The translations under genes were made by a program, and so were the position numbers. A DNA stretch of 64,000 nucleotides from a virus, in IMG/VR virus record IMGVR_UViG_3300010965_000427, positions 32,001 to 96,000 of that record. One strand, given 5' to 3'. The notes beneath the pieces were generated by a model. That model did not search any database, was not told where the DNA came from, and saw nothing but the letters and a program-made list of their open reading frames with translations. Shown one piece after another: positions 26,495 to 37,628 of the stretch (position 1 is its first letter; the number at the start of each line of letters is the position of its first letter).

Positions 26495-29203
26495 TTATTT
26501 TTTTTCAGAACTATTTGGTTCTTTATTTTTTTCTTGATCTTTTTCAGGTGTTTCGGATTCTTCCTTAGACGCCTCTGGCTCCTCTTCAGGCATCTCCGGC
26601 TCTTCCTCAGGAACCTCTGGCTCCTCTTCCATATTGAAATTGTCTTCTTCAGTTCCGTCATTTTCAGAAGGACTTTCAGAACCTGGCTCCGTTCCAAGCC
26701 TTTCTAAATCAGTATTAGCAGCTTGCTCTGCTGGTTTTAAACTTTTAATAAATTCAATAGAGCTTAAAACAACCCCTTCGTTATGTTCTTTCATTATTTC
26801 ATATAAATTAATAGTGGCTTTCCCATTTTCATCTGGAGTGACTATATCTGAAAGTTCTAACATAAACCCATTGTCGGCTTGCCATCTTCTTAAAAAGAAC
26901 GCCTTAAATGTATTTTTAATAGCATCTATATTAGATCCTAATTCACCAATTAATTCGGTAGTCATGAAATCAGAGTTTAACCATGCGTCTATTGTTTTTT
27001 CTAATGTTTCCGCATATTCATCGTATGCTTCTATTTGGCTTTTTATAGTAGTTACATCTGGTTTTGGCAAAGACAAATCTACGTTATCAACAAATTTATC
27101 GTACATATATAAATAATAACTATCTTCGTTTTCTTTAAATAATTCTTTTTCTTCATCTGTTGCTGTTCTATCTAGTAAGCCTGTATTGCTTTTCATTAAG
27201 TCAATTATTTTATTTCTTATAATGGAGTCATTACGTGCTATTATTTGTGTGAAATTTGTTAATTGAGGAGTAAATTCATCTTGAATGATGGTTACTCTTT
27301 TTGATAATAAAACATTATTTGCTAATACAGTTGTTGCAAAATCAGCTTGGAATCCTGAATCTACAGTTTCTGGAGTTAGCCCAATAGCCATTAGCATCTG
27401 CTTTCTTAATAATTCGTCCAGATCGCTGTCTGGAACTGTATGCTGCATATTTCTTGTTTCAAATTCAAACTTAGTTTGTGGTAAAGCAGGATGCCCTTCG
27501 AACGTTAATTCTAACCCTGCTCTCTGCACCCAATCTACTAAATCTACGGGGGCGTTAATTCCTAATGGAAAATATTGTTGACGCATTTTTGTAAGTTCAT
27601 GCATAGCAATTTCAATTGTTCTTTGAGGATCTGGATCGCTCGGATCTAAAATCATATTAACATGTGTTAACGCAATAGAATTTTTTGTTAATGCCATAAC
27701 CTTGGCAAATAGCAATATCCCTCTGAGACTAGTTAATATTTTTAAATCATCTAATAATGTTTTACCTATTCCGCTATCGTGGTATTTTAATGCAAAATAA
27801 GTTACTAATTCTGACGGAACATAAATCATTCTTGTATATTGGTTTGCTAATGCTCTGGCTAACATTATTCGATACAGTTCATTATTTTGGCCAATTTCCG
27901 TTTTTCTTCCATATGCGCCATTTTTTAATCTTTGAATTAAGTCAGACTCAATAATACTTGCATAAATTTGAGTGGCCTGAGGTATAGTAAGACTTAAATT
28001 ATCTTTTCCTGCTAAGTTTCTTTTTGCTCTTTGTAATAAGAACGTGGATAGTTCTCCTCTTGGATTTCCAAGCTGGAGTTGAATGTCTCCTAAATATTTT
28101 TTATTAGTAAGATGAGATACTGGATTTCCTTCTTCGTCAATAATTACAAAATATCCTACATGCTCTCTTTTATTTCCAGGTACACAAACAGGAATTACGG
28201 ATTCTGAAGGAAATTTTAAAACTAATGGACGCCCGATCGATTTACGTTTTGTTTGCCCGCTATTTGGAACGCTGACTAATGGCACTGCTTGGTTGGGTGG
28301 ACTTTTGTATAGCAGTTTTTCTATTTTACTAGCTGATAATGACTCAGTCGAAATTCTTCTTGGCGATATTACTGATCTTACTTTATTTTTTGCATTCGTT
28401 GTAATAAGTTCCGGAAGTTTTAAAAAGTGGTAATTATCGGAGACTTCTATCATAAAACTAGGAAGCCTCGTAACTTCTCCATTATTAATTTCACAAATAC
28501 AAGGAGCGATTGGGTCTCTTTGTGCAGTATAAAAATTTCTTTCAAACGATTCTAATCCAATTTTAGCATTAGAAGGTTTTTTAGTTTGAAAACTTTCTCC
28601 CAGTATTCCTAAAGAAACGGCTTCTCCAGCAGGAGACACAATCGATCCTAAAGATTCTACGGAAATAGTTCTAGACCCATTAATAAGTTCGTCAACTGCA
28701 TTTTCTGGCAATACAGCAAACACATATGAGCCAGTTTCAAAAAGTATTTCTCTTAATATTTGTGGAAGAAGTTTAGTAACAGTATAGGCTGTATCACATT
28801 GATTTTTAAATTCTTTTAACAAGGTGGAAGTAAGCTCGCTGCAAAAAACAGGGCTCTTCATTTTATATAAAATTTCTGATGTTACCATATCTTTTGGTGA
28901 CAATATAGAACTTACAAGAATTTGAGCAGCTAATTCTAAATCTGGAAATAACTGCTGAGCATTGCGAGAATCTTCGATGTTGCTTTGAATTTTTTCACTT
29001 AACGAAGTAAATGACGATTCGCTAAGATTGTAATAGGAATTGGGGTTATTTATATCTGTTTTTCTCGGATCTTTATTTACTACCAATTTGCTAATAATGG
29101 CCGCCAGCTCTGGTTTTCCATTAATAATTCCAATAGCTGGATATTTTTTCTTTGAATTAACTAGACGCACAATTTCGTCAATTGAGCTTTCTTTAGTGGG
29201 CAT
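26495..29203 (-). CDS. Probable portal protein (phiKZ gp129-like)
   Basis: 902 aa; QLFPDLELAAQILVSSILSPKDM and PSESVIPV..PG....HVGYF blocks; S/G-x-E processing motifs (ISVES, IGLES, ISTES); acidic tail. Confidence 0.7.
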   Translation of the reverse strand: MPTKESSIDEIVRLVNSKKKYPAIGIINGKPELAAIISKLVVNKDPRKTDINNPNSYYNLSESSFTSLSEKIQSNIEDSRNAQQLFPDLELAAQILVSSILSPKDMVTSEILYKMKSPVFCSELTSTLLKEFKNQCDTAYTVTKLLPQILREILFETGSYVFAVLPENAVDELINGSRTISVESLGSIVSPAGEAVSLGILGESFQTKKPSNAKIGLESFERNFYTAQRDPIAPCICEINNGEVTRLPSFMIEVSDNYHFLKLPELITTNAKNKVRSVISPRRISTESLSASKIEKLLYKSPPNQAVPLVSVPNSGQTKRKSIGRPLVLKFPSESVIPVCVPGNKREHVGYFVIIDEEGNPVSHLTNKKYLGDIQLQLGNPRGELSTFLLQRAKRNLAGKDNLSLTIPQATQIYASIIESDLIQRLKNGAYGRKTEIGQNNELYRIMLARALANQYTRMIYVPSELVTYFALKYHDSGIGKTLLDDLKILTSLRGILLFAKVMALTKNSIALTHVNMILDPSDPDPQRTIEIAMHELTKMRQQYFPLGINAPVDLVDWVQRAGLELTFEGHPALPQTKFEFETRNMQHTVPDSDLDELLRKQMLMAIGLTPETVDSGFQADFATTVLANNVLLSKRVTIIQDEFTPQLTNFTQIIARNDSIIRNKIIDLMKSNTGLLDRTATDEEKELFKENEDSYYLYMYDKFVDNVDLSLPKPDVTTIKSQIEAYDEYAETLEKTIDAWLNSDFMTTELIGELGSNIDAIKNTFKAFFLRRWQADNGFMLELSDIVTPDENGKATINLYEIMKEHNEGVVLSSIEFIKSLKPAEQAANTDLERLGTEPGSESPSENDGTEEDNFNMEEEPEVPEEEPEMPEEEPEASKEESETPEKDQEKNKEPNSSEKK

Positions 29204-29246
29204 GAGGTATCTCTGTGTTAAAAACGATTATTTTAAGGGATTTTAA

Positions 29247-31436
29247 ATGAGCAGTGATTCAACCCGGCTCTATTTAAAAGAATGTTTTATGCTTTGTAAA
29301 ACATTGAAAATAAAATCTGAAGATTCAATTAAAAAAATTAATGACGATCTGATTCTTCGTTACGGGCAAAATAGCGTTGATATTTATAGAAAAGAAACAT
29401 GGAAATACTATCTGAATAGCTGTGGGCAATATCATGCAACTGATTTAGTAATGACAGTCAGTTCGTTAGACACATTAGAGGAAATAAGGTTTACTAGAGA
29501 AGTATTGAATTTACACCCCACAACATTTTTAAACTACCAATATGGAACAACCTATTATAACGGACTGCTGACAAAATATCCAGAGCAAGAACAATTAATT
29601 CTTGGAATTCTTTATCCGGCAATAATGAATGAAGCGATTGCTGCTAAAGACGGAGCAATATTAGCCTATGATATCAGATATATAGAGCCACAAGAAACTA
29701 CCTTACTAAATGAACTCGAAGGCTGGATTCAGGCTTTTTTAAAACGATGGCATGTAAGGGCTTTTGGGTTAAGCGATACTTTATATCCTACATCCCAACA
29801 CGCAATAATGTATTTGCAATTAATTCCCACTCTTTTAAATCTTAGACTTAAACGCTGTAAAACGTCAGAAGCCCATACATTTCACATCTCATCTTATTTA
29901 GCTAGCCACGGTTATTTAGATAAATACATTGACTACCTTACATTAAAACAAAAACTATTTCTATATAAAAATATAGCTTATATTGAAAGACATCCTGGAA
30001 ATGCCGATACTTTTAATTGGCTAATTCAAAAATTACTTACTGACAGATACATCCCAATAGCAGATTATTCAATTAAGTTTATAGATGAATTTACAGACAC
30101 TGGAGAACCAAGTTATCATTTTCTAAAGAATCCAATAAATACAGAATACAATACAACAGATAAAGATATTTATACTTTAAATGAAATTTTTATAAAAGAG
30201 CAAAATTTAGTAAAAGGGAATAAGGACTATTCAGACGCTAATGGATTATTAATTAATGCCACGATACAAGAATCTCCAAGTAGCGTTATTAAAACAAAAC
30301 TATTAGAGTCAAGCATTGCTGATTACGGAAATTCAGAACCAATGTCTATTGATTCTATTTTGCTAAATCATTGGGGTTTTTATGCATCCAAAGAACTATA
30401 TACCGCTCCAGTTTATTTTTTAAATCCAAAAACAAACGAAACACATGTTTTATTTGCAGATGCGGCTTTTAATTATTTACTTTATTTTTTATTATGCTCC
30501 AGAGGCGTTGTTCCACTGCGCATCCCAGATTTTTTTGCAAATCGTGTTCGACGAATTGCAAAACCAACAGCGCAGACAATGATGCAAGTTGTAGATAGAA
30601 ACTCAATTCGTAATACATTATTAGCTAATTGGCTTTTATCTCAACAACCTAATTCTTCATTAATGCAGTCCACTAGTAGTTTTTTTACATTTTGCAATGC
30701 AATTCACGAAGCCGGTTTAAAAGAATGGTATTTGATATCTAATGTGCATGATTACATAGAACGCGGTTTTTCAGATAATATGATAAATACACTATATGCA
30801 GATGGAAAAGCCACATTAGAGGATGCCGGAACACTCTACTCCGATTGGTTTGTTGCACATAATATTATTCCAGTAGAATATACCAGAGAAGAAGCAACTT
30901 TAGCTTATCAAAGACTTTTTATCGCAGCCACTGGCTATGAATTAGATGAAACAAAAACACTAGCATCTATTCAAAAAGCAGGAATAGATATTTTAACACA
31001 ATTGAGTAGTTACTCTATTCAATTTGTAAAATCAATAAATAAAACACCTTATATATCTATTAATTGGCCAGCTATTCGGGCTGGAAAATTAACAGCAATG
31101 CAATACGGATACGCATTTATTCCTAGTGTTATAGATGTTCTTTTTTCTTTATTTTCTAGCAGGAGGCTGTTAGAAATTGAGATTACTCCGTTTGTTTCAA
31201 CAATATCGGTCAGTGGCAGTCAATCATGTCAAATTAATATTTCTACAGACGCATATGTGGTTGAACACATCGTGCCAGAATTATATGTAAATATTGTTTT
31301 TCAAGCTCCTGTTATCTCATTTGAATACAATGGATTAGATTTAGATATTTTTTCAAAATATGGAGGAATTGGTTTTGAGGGCTACGAGGCTTTAACAGAA
31401 GCTCAAAAATTATCTATTGTTGATATTTACCATTAG
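29247..31436 (+). CDS. Virion structural protein (phiKZ gp128-like)
   Basis: WKYYLN..G.YH..D..M.V.SLDT.EEI.F and CKT.EAH.FHI..YL.SH blocks; divergent from the portal gene. Confidence 0.65.
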   Translation: MSSDSTRLYLKECFMLCKTLKIKSEDSIKKINDDLILRYGQNSVDIYRKETWKYYLNSCGQYHATDLVMTVSSLDTLEEIRFTREVLNLHPTTFLNYQYGTTYYNGLLTKYPEQEQLILGILYPAIMNEAIAAKDGAILAYDIRYIEPQETTLLNELEGWIQAFLKRWHVRAFGLSDTLYPTSQHAIMYLQLIPTLLNLRLKRCKTSEAHTFHISSYLASHGYLDKYIDYLTLKQKLFLYKNIAYIERHPGNADTFNWLIQKLLTDRYIPIADYSIKFIDEFTDTGEPSYHFLKNPINTEYNTTDKDIYTLNEIFIKEQNLVKGNKDYSDANGLLINATIQESPSSVIKTKLLESSIADYGNSEPMSIDSILLNHWGFYASKELYTAPVYFLNPKTNETHVLFADAAFNYLLYFLLCSRGVVPLRIPDFFANRVRRIAKPTAQTMMQVVDRNSIRNTLLANWLLSQQPNSSLMQSTSSFFTFCNAIHEAGLKEWYLISNVHDYIERGFSDNMINTLYADGKATLEDAGTLYSDWFVAHNIIPVEYTREEATLAYQRLFIAATGYELDETKTLASIQKAGIDILTQLSSYSIQFVKSINKTPYISINWPAIRAGKLTAMQYGYAFIPSVIDVLFSLFSSRRLLEIEITPFVSTISVSGSQSCQINISTDAYVVEHIVPELYVNIVFQAPVISFEYNGLDLDIFSKYGGIGFEGYEALTEAQKLSIVDIYH

Positions 31437-31459
31437 TTTTTCAACTCAGGAATAAAGAG

Positions 31460-32311
31460 ATGCAGTCTACTGTTAGAACAGTTTATGGAGCGTATCTTCA
31501 AACGTGCCATTATTTAAAGGTGCCGTTTACAGTAGTAAACCACACTACATTAAATGAAAAGCTCAACATTTTTTCAGACCTAGTTCTTGCGCAAGGCGAA
31601 GTTCCATCCACAGCCTATTTTTGCATAGGAAACGGTGGGCACAGGGCCGCTATAGGGGCAGACGGAGTTGCGCTAATAGAAGTTGTGCAACATACTCCGC
31701 GACATGCAGGATTGTATAATCAATTGCCTTTTGTATTAAGGAGGCCCGCCAATGATCTTACACAAGCAGAAAGAGCAAAATATAGATTAAGGCGCATAGA
31801 ATATCATGACTCAGTTCAATACGTTGCATATTATGCTCGCGTACTTGACTTGACTTCTTCAATACCACAAATGGAACATGTGACAATTATAGATGGAGTA
31901 AAGGAAACTACTCCGTTTATTCCTACCACCTCAGATCTCAACCCAGTGCCTCCGGCAATTCCAAATACAGGAGCCGTAGTTGTAACAGGGGATTATTTAT
32001 TCTGTAGCGCCAGAATACCAATGATATTAAATAGCCAGGATGTAACTGAATTTTTAAATGTAGCAAATATCATTTACGGTTCTGAAAATTATGCAACAAT
32101 CAGCGAAATTGCTTTATGCTCTGGCATTGATCGTATAGTATCCGGTATATTTAATGGCGTCACAGCTACATATACGGACGCCATTGCCGTGCAAATAGTT
32201 AACTTTATTTCTGCATTCTATTCAATGCCATTCAATAACGAAGGATTAAGTATTCACACCAGCGTGGGATCTGTTGAGCCGCTATTATCGACTGTCCCAG
32301 TCATCCAATAA
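31460..32311 (+). CDS. Virion structural protein (phiKZ-like)
   Basis: TTLNEK, YFCIGNGGH, LPFVLR...NDL and ISEIALCSG.D blocks typical of phiKZ-like virion proteins. Confidence 0.65.
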   Translation: MQSTVRTVYGAYLQTCHYLKVPFTVVNHTTLNEKLNIFSDLVLAQGEVPSTAYFCIGNGGHRAAIGADGVALIEVVQHTPRHAGLYNQLPFVLRRPANDLTQAERAKYRLRRIEYHDSVQYVAYYARVLDLTSSIPQMEHVTIIDGVKETTPFIPTTSDLNPVPPAIPNTGAVVVTGDYLFCSARIPMILNSQDVTEFLNVANIIYGSENYATISEIALCSGIDRIVSGIFNGVTATYTDAIAVQIVNFISAFYSMPFNNEGLSIHTSVGSVEPLLSTVPVIQ

Positions 32312-32317
32312 GCACGA

Positions 32318-32905
32318 ATGCTTAGATTTCCACAAAAGGGCTCGACTTCTGTTTGTTTTTGCGGAATTGATCCAGGAACTAACTATCTTGGATTTTCTGT
32401 ATTTACATTCGAAGTCGTTTCCCTTTCAATTTTATCAATAGACGCAGTTACATTTGAATCTGAAAAACTTGTTAAAGGGTATAGTAATATTTTTGAATCC
32501 CATTCTGAACGCACTGCCAAAATCATTGCACAAAAAGACAATCTTGTTTCACAATTTCGTTTTAATAAACCAGCTTTTGTTTGCTGTGAGAGCCCTTTCT
32601 ATAATAGATTAAGGCCAAGTGCTTACGGGCCATTGGTGGAAATGATATTTGCAATTAAAACAGCGTGCATTGAGTATGATAAAACAATGCCATTTTACTT
32701 ATATGACCCATCAAGCATTAAAAAAACAATTGGAGCTAATGCCATTGGCGATAAAAAAAATGTATATAATGCGCTTTGTAAACATGAAGAAATTTTAGCA
32801 AAATTAAAGCATCCGATCGACAAATACGACGAACATTCAATTGATTCCATTGCAATTGCATATTCTCATTTTTGTTATTTAAAATCTTCGTTTTTTTTGT
32901 TATGA
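32318..32905 (+). CDS. ruvC: RuvC-like Holliday junction resolvase
   Basis: GIDPGT..LG, CESPF, P..IKK.IG and DEHSIDSIAIA acidic motifs. Confidence 0.85.
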   Translation: MLRFPQKGSTSVCFCGIDPGTNYLGFSVFTFEVVSLSILSIDAVTFESEKLVKGYSNIFESHSERTAKIIAQKDNLVSQFRFNKPAFVCCESPFYNRLRPSAYGPLVEMIFAIKTACIEYDKTMPFYLYDPSSIKKTIGANAIGDKKNVYNALCKHEEILAKLKHPIDKYDEHSIDSIAIAYSHFCYLKSSFFLL

Positions 32906-32922
32906 GTAGAAGGGCTTTTTAA

Positions 32923-33483
32923 ATGGAAACTATACTGGGCATTCCAAAATCTTTACTGGCCGTTTTTCGATTCTTTTTTTCACATCGTTTTTTAGTTTCT
33001 AGATACAATGCTATTCTTGTGTCGTTAGTTATTTTATTTCTCATTTTTGTTTCTGTAAGAACAGCAATAAATTTTTATACAAAAGATAACATAGTAGAAG
33101 CAGATGCTGTTACTCAAAACTCCATTTTTATAAAAGGATTAAATGAAGGGTTATTTACCAACGATAATAGTTTAATATATACCAATCTTAGTAAGAATGA
33201 ACCATTACTTCCTATAGTTATTGCTTTTGAGAACCGACATGAAGTTCCGTGTTCTGTTAAAAGCATAGATAAAAAATCAAAAAAAATTACTCATGCCGTA
33301 AAAAAATACAAAAAGATTTATAAAAAGAATCACTATGTAAAAAAGCTATCGAAAAAACCTAATAAATATTTAGCTCAAAAAACTAAATATAAAAAAGCAA
33401 TCAAAATAACAGGTAAATCGTGCTTTAAAGAAAAATCAAAAACAAATTGTTGGAAAACGACTAACTTTTTAAATAATAGTTAA
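32923..33483 (+). CDS. Membrane-anchored protein with Lys-rich C-terminus
   Basis: One TM helix (AILVSLVILFLIFVSV) and a very basic tail. Confidence 0.6.
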   Translation: METILGIPKSLLAVFRFFFSHRFLVSRYNAILVSLVILFLIFVSVRTAINFYTKDNIVEADAVTQNSIFIKGLNEGLFTNDNSLIYTNLSKNEPLLPIVIAFENRHEVPCSVKSIDKKSKKITHAVKKYKKIYKKNHYVKKLSKKPNKYLAQKTKYKKAIKITGKSCFKEKSKTNCWKTTNFLNNS

Positions 33484-33669
33484 GCAAAATAGATTAGTAG
33501 ATTAAGCTTTAATATGCCACTATAAGCCCTCAGCGCCTTATAGAGGGCGTTTCGTGTCTTAGCTGGCGTCATCTTAACCCTAAACTAAACGGGCTTGCAA
33601 AGCCGTTATTTTACAAATAATAAAATCAGGTTTTAAAAAAACGAATGCAACTAAAAGAGATCTATAAGA

Positions 33670-34326
33670 ATGTCTGAAAAAGCAACTGAAACCGAAATTG
33701 AGATTTATTCAAGAATTACCAATTTTAAAGGATTAATGCAAGCTGACAAAAAAGAAACGCACATACAAGCAAATTTTCGTTTTTCTGAAACTGCTTCTTT
33801 AAGAGTTAGAAAGACAATAAACGGAAATGAAACAATTTACGAAGAGACAATTAAAATAGATAAACCAATTGCTAATACTGCATCTTCTAAAGAAGAAACT
33901 ACAATACTAATATCTCAACTTTTTTTCGATGAATTTTTACAAGGAACGGAACACTATATGCATAAAGACAGGTACATTTTTATTTCTAAAGATCAAGCTT
34001 TAACATTAGAATTAAATGAAAAAACAATCACCATAGTTGTTCCGGAAGTTATATATGAATGCGATGTATTTATAAAAGACGGCGGCGGTTACTACGATTG
34101 GTGTAAAATAGATGTAGAAATTGATAATTTACTGGACTATTTGGGAGAATACCATGATGGTCTTGATATAAAAAAAATAATTGTAAAAGTAAAACAATTG
34201 CCATTTAAGCCAATCGATTCATTTGTAAAGACGTCAGCTACCGATGAACAAAAGACTTTTCTAGATAAACTCTATACAGATTACTTTATAAAAAAAACTT
34301 CAGATTTTAAAAGAGATATAACATGA
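33670..34326 (+). CDS. CYTH-like (triphosphate tunnel) protein
   Basis: N-terminal ETEIEI, LRVRK, ETIK, HKDRY, YECDVF and KIDVEI strands. Confidence 0.6.
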   Translation: MSEKATETEIEIYSRITNFKGLMQADKKETHIQANFRFSETASLRVRKTINGNETIYEETIKIDKPIANTASSKEETTILISQLFFDEFLQGTEHYMHKDRYIFISKDQALTLELNEKTITIVVPEVIYECDVFIKDGGGYYDWCKIDVEIDNLLDYLGEYHDGLDIKKIIVKVKQLPFKPIDSFVKTSATDEQKTFLDKLYTDYFIKKTSDFKRDIT

Positions 34327-34700
34327 GGCTTGCGTTTTTTTATAATTTTGCAAAATCCACAATAAATGAAATTTGTTCTAATAGAATTCGTAAAATAGAT
34401 GTTAGTGAGTTGCAAGCGTCTCTTTTAGAGTCATTTGATAGCTTATCCGCCGAAGATAAACTAGAATTAATAACAAAAATTGTATCTGCCGACACCGACG
34501 ATGCAATTTTAAAAACAGAAAATAAACTACAACTTATCAGACTTAAAATATGGGTAATAAAAGCTTTATTTTTATCAATTTTGATAGTTATTTTATTAAT
34601 CACAATAGTATTTATTTTCTTTGATGTATCTAATACCGATTCAAAAATCGCCAGCTTCCTTTTTCAAGTAAAAAATATGTTTCACTTTATTTTTTCATAG
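34323..34700 (+). CDS. Membrane protein
   Basis: Long hydrophobic helix near the C-terminus. Confidence 0.6.
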   Translation: MRLAFFYNFAKSTINEICSNRIRKIDVSELQASLLESFDSLSAEDKLELITKIVSADTDDAILKTENKLQLIRLKIWVIKALFLSILIVILLITIVFIFFDVSNTDSKIASFLFQVKNMFHFIFS

Positions 34701-34725
34701 GTCTTTAACAATTTGGCTAACAGCA

Positions 34726-34759
34726 TTAGTTGCTGCCGAGCATGCTCGGCAGCAACTAA
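34726..34759. terminator. Perfect 34-bp palindrome between convergent genes, probable bidirectional terminator
   Basis: TTAGTTGCTGCCGAGCATGCTCGGCAGCAACTAA. Confidence 0.7.
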
Positions 34760-34793
34760 CTGACTTTTATGTTTTTTTATTAACTAAATCTAT

Positions 34794-35417
34794 TTATGAC
34801 GAAACAGATTCGCCTGGCCAAATAGGCGTGGGCCACTCTTTCTTAATTGAATTCCAATCTGAGGAAATAGTTTTTTCACCAGATTCAACAGCCGCCATGT
34901 ATACTTCAAATGCTAGCCATGTGGAGTCTCGTAAATTACGGCAGTATTTTCCTTCGGCTGCATACTTTGGAACTTCTGAATTTCCAAAATCGCAGGCGCT
35001 TTTAAAATTGCTATAACCTCTGGTTGCAGCAAAAATATTTAAATCATTTTCAATTTGATTCGGAATTAATTCTTTAATCTTATTAATAAGTTCCGGAGAA
35101 GGCTGGGGATTTTGTGTTGGAGATATCAATGTAGGTAAATTTAGTTCATCTGTTTTTTCAGCAGGTAGCCGTGCTAATAGCTGATTTAAATCGTAAGCAT
35201 TAACTGTATATGTAACGTGTATGCTCTGTCTATCTATTGAAATGGATCGATGTTCTTCTAAATAGCTGAATTCATCAACAGTTGGCTTAACCCCAAATAA
35301 ACAAGGTGTATAAAAATCATATGGATGCCCTCTGTTTTCAATATGCAGGGCGTATACTGGATATTCAATAATCCGGTCATCTTCAATTCGACCATAAACC
35401 TTTAAATTGTCTAACAT
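34794..35417 (-). CDS. Tail-fibre assembly/chaperone-like protein
   Basis: FAATRGY.N..SAC...S...KY..EG.....LRD.TW...P...WP C-terminal domain, typical of genes downstream of tail fibres. Confidence 0.55.
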   Translation of the reverse strand: MLDNLKVYGRIEDDRIIEYPVYALHIENRGHPYDFYTPCLFGVKPTVDEFSYLEEHRSISIDRQSIHVTYTVNAYDLNQLLARLPAEKTDELNLPTLISPTQNPQPSPELINKIKELIPNQIENDLNIFAATRGYSNFKSACDFGNSEVPKYAAEGKYCRNLRDSTWLAFEVYMAAVESGEKTISSDWNSIKKEWPTPIWPGESVSS

Positions 35418-35511
35418 GAAAAACTGCCCTTAAAAACTGTGGAAAACCGTTTGTTTATATGTAGTAAAATAATTTACAATGGTTATTATTTCCTTATTTT
35501 AATAGTAGGTA

Positions 35512-37617
35512 TTACCCGTATACCCAAGCGTGGCCATAGAGATTTAAAGGAGTCATCGCAGCTCCAGCATTATAAAGTTGCGAAGGCCCGCCGATTATCA
35601 GAGTTTCTCCATTAGCTGAAACTCCTATAGAAGTGCCAACGGCGGAGTTTATCACCGCTTGAGACGGAATTAACGTCGTGTTATATACCCAAGCAGAATC
35701 TATTTTTGTAAATACATACACAGCTCCTGACTCCCTGCCTTTGCCTCCGGAAACAAGATCGTCGTGCAATTGTGAGCCAATGAATAATGAATTTGAATCG
35801 GCAGTCATAGCTAATGAACTACCAAAGTGTTCATTTGACGAAACATTGGTAACTTCTGGAGCCATTATTTTGGCTACTTGTGGCCAAGTTACAGTCTGCC
35901 CAGAGACGGTTCTCCTGAAAACATAAACAGCCCCGCCCCTAGTCCATGTTCTTCCTGGATTTGTTTTTTGAGCTAAAATGGCTCCAACATATAACTCAGT
36001 TCCGTCTTCGTTAAATAACAACGAATAACCAAAATTATCTCCTACCAAGGCGTCAGAAGCAAATACAGGACCAGCTTCAAGAGTGACCGCGGTTCCATTA
36101 AATGCGTAAATATAAACAGAACCTGTGTCCATTCCTTTAGCGGTATTTGCTAGTCTTTTACTAGATGCAATTACTGTTACGTCAGAATTACAAGCAACTT
36201 CCCATCCAAACAAATCGCTCGCTGCCGCATTTGGAGTTGGTATATAAACAACAGCCTGCCATACACTTCCCCCTGGTGCTCTGGTAAAAATATGCGTAGA
36301 CCCGCCGTCTAATACAGTTGTATCATGGCCTTGAGCCCCAACTATTAAAGTATTTCCGTCATTGGATAATTTTATTCCTCTGCCAAACCAGTCGTATGTA
36401 TTTGGAGCCGGCATCGAAATCATTGATTGCTTTACCCAAATAGCTCCAGGAGTTGTTCCTGTAGCTGTAAATATATAAACGGCTCCATTATTCAAATTTC
36501 CTGGCGGTAATTTATGCCCAGGGGCAGACGCGGCTAATGTTGTGCCATCGGCATTTAACGAAACTTTATATCCAAACCATTCAACTGCGATTCCAGGAGT
36601 CGCTACTTCTATATTAGCAGTAAGTATTTGTTCTAAGTCCCATGTGCCAAGCCCATTTTTTCTATATAAATAAACTTTGCCAGCTTGAGCAATTTTTCTT
36701 GTAGTTGTGGTCACTACAAATGCGCCCATGTAAGGGGCCCCGATTGCAATTACCCGCCCGTCCCTACTGATGCTGACTGACCATCCAAACCAATCTCCCA
36801 ATGTCGCCGGATTGAGAGGAGGAAGAACCGGGTTGGTTAACATGGCTTTATTAACCACTGGCAAATAAGAAGATCTTGTTTTAAATGTGCTTATTATGCT
36901 CCATGCGGAATCGCCCATTGTATTTCCAGTGTGGCGAACTCGAACATAGTAATTTGTATTTGGCACTAAACCAGATACACTCCATGTAGTTTTATTTGCA
37001 ACTGAATGACTTAATTGGGAGATTATGGTTGTAAATAATGGATCTGTTGCAAGATCCCACGAGGAATCTTTATGTGTATCCCCAGGCCCTCCAGTTGTGG
37101 CAAACGCTGAAGAAGTTATGCTAACTGTTGAATTTAAATTAGTAGCATCGTTAATTGGAGACGTAATTGTTGGAGAAACAATTCCCCCGCCAGTTATTTG
37201 AATGCTGTATCTTTTGTTATTTACAATAAAAACGCCTGTGCCTGCCGATCCAGGAGCTGTATAACTGATTGTATCTCCATTTCTAGAAATAACTCCATTT
37301 AAACAAGACACAGTATATACTTTAGACATGCTAAAGTTGGTAATTTTGTAAGAACCAGTTGCTGAAGCAATAAGCGTTCTTGGCCCAGATATTGACAAAG
37401 TCAATTCAATGAGATGGCTAGGTATATATGCCAAAGGAATTATATTGTTAGTTATTGGTATTGGTCCGTCTTCGGTTCCTTTTTCCTCAATTGAAACCGC
37501 TCCAAAGTTTGCAATAGCCCCAGCAATAGTGGTTGCAGATGTTCCACCAAGGGCAATTGGTAAAATGGATGGAGTTAATTCGTTATCTATACTTGGTCCA
37601 ATTACAGTGTTTGGCAT
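35512..37617 (-). CDS. Tail adhesin with FN3-like domain and FG-GAP beta-propeller
   Basis: Paralog of 4394..6346 (GGTSA, GP......ITNF, HKDSSWDLATD, FG.SV.IS.DG...GAP blades). Confidence 0.75.
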   Translation of the reverse strand: MPNTVIGPSIDNELTPSILPIALGGTSATTIAGAIANFGAVSIEEKGTEDGPIPITNNIIPLAYIPSHLIELTLSISGPRTLIASATGSYKITNFSMSKVYTVSCLNGVISRNGDTISYTAPGSAGTGVFIVNNKRYSIQITGGGIVSPTITSPINDATNLNSTVSITSSAFATTGGPGDTHKDSSWDLATDPLFTTIISQLSHSVANKTTWSVSGLVPNTNYYVRVRHTGNTMGDSAWSIISTFKTRSSYLPVVNKAMLTNPVLPPLNPATLGDWFGWSVSISRDGRVIAIGAPYMGAFVVTTTTRKIAQAGKVYLYRKNGLGTWDLEQILTANIEVATPGIAVEWFGYKVSLNADGTTLAASAPGHKLPPGNLNNGAVYIFTATGTTPGAIWVKQSMISMPAPNTYDWFGRGIKLSNDGNTLIVGAQGHDTTVLDGGSTHIFTRAPGGSVWQAVVYIPTPNAAASDLFGWEVACNSDVTVIASSKRLANTAKGMDTGSVYIYAFNGTAVTLEAGPVFASDALVGDNFGYSLLFNEDGTELYVGAILAQKTNPGRTWTRGGAVYVFRRTVSGQTVTWPQVAKIMAPEVTNVSSNEHFGSSLAMTADSNSLFIGSQLHDDLVSGGKGRESGAVYVFTKIDSAWVYNTTLIPSQAVINSAVGTSIGVSANGETLIIGGPSQLYNAGAAMTPLNLYGHAWVYG

Positions 37618-37628
37618 GATCTAATTCC

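Noticed and set aside
26491-26697. Basic 68-aa ORF and short EEEPE repeats at the portal 3' end
   Set aside because: An alternate-frame shadow of a low-complexity acidic tail; nothing supports separate expression.
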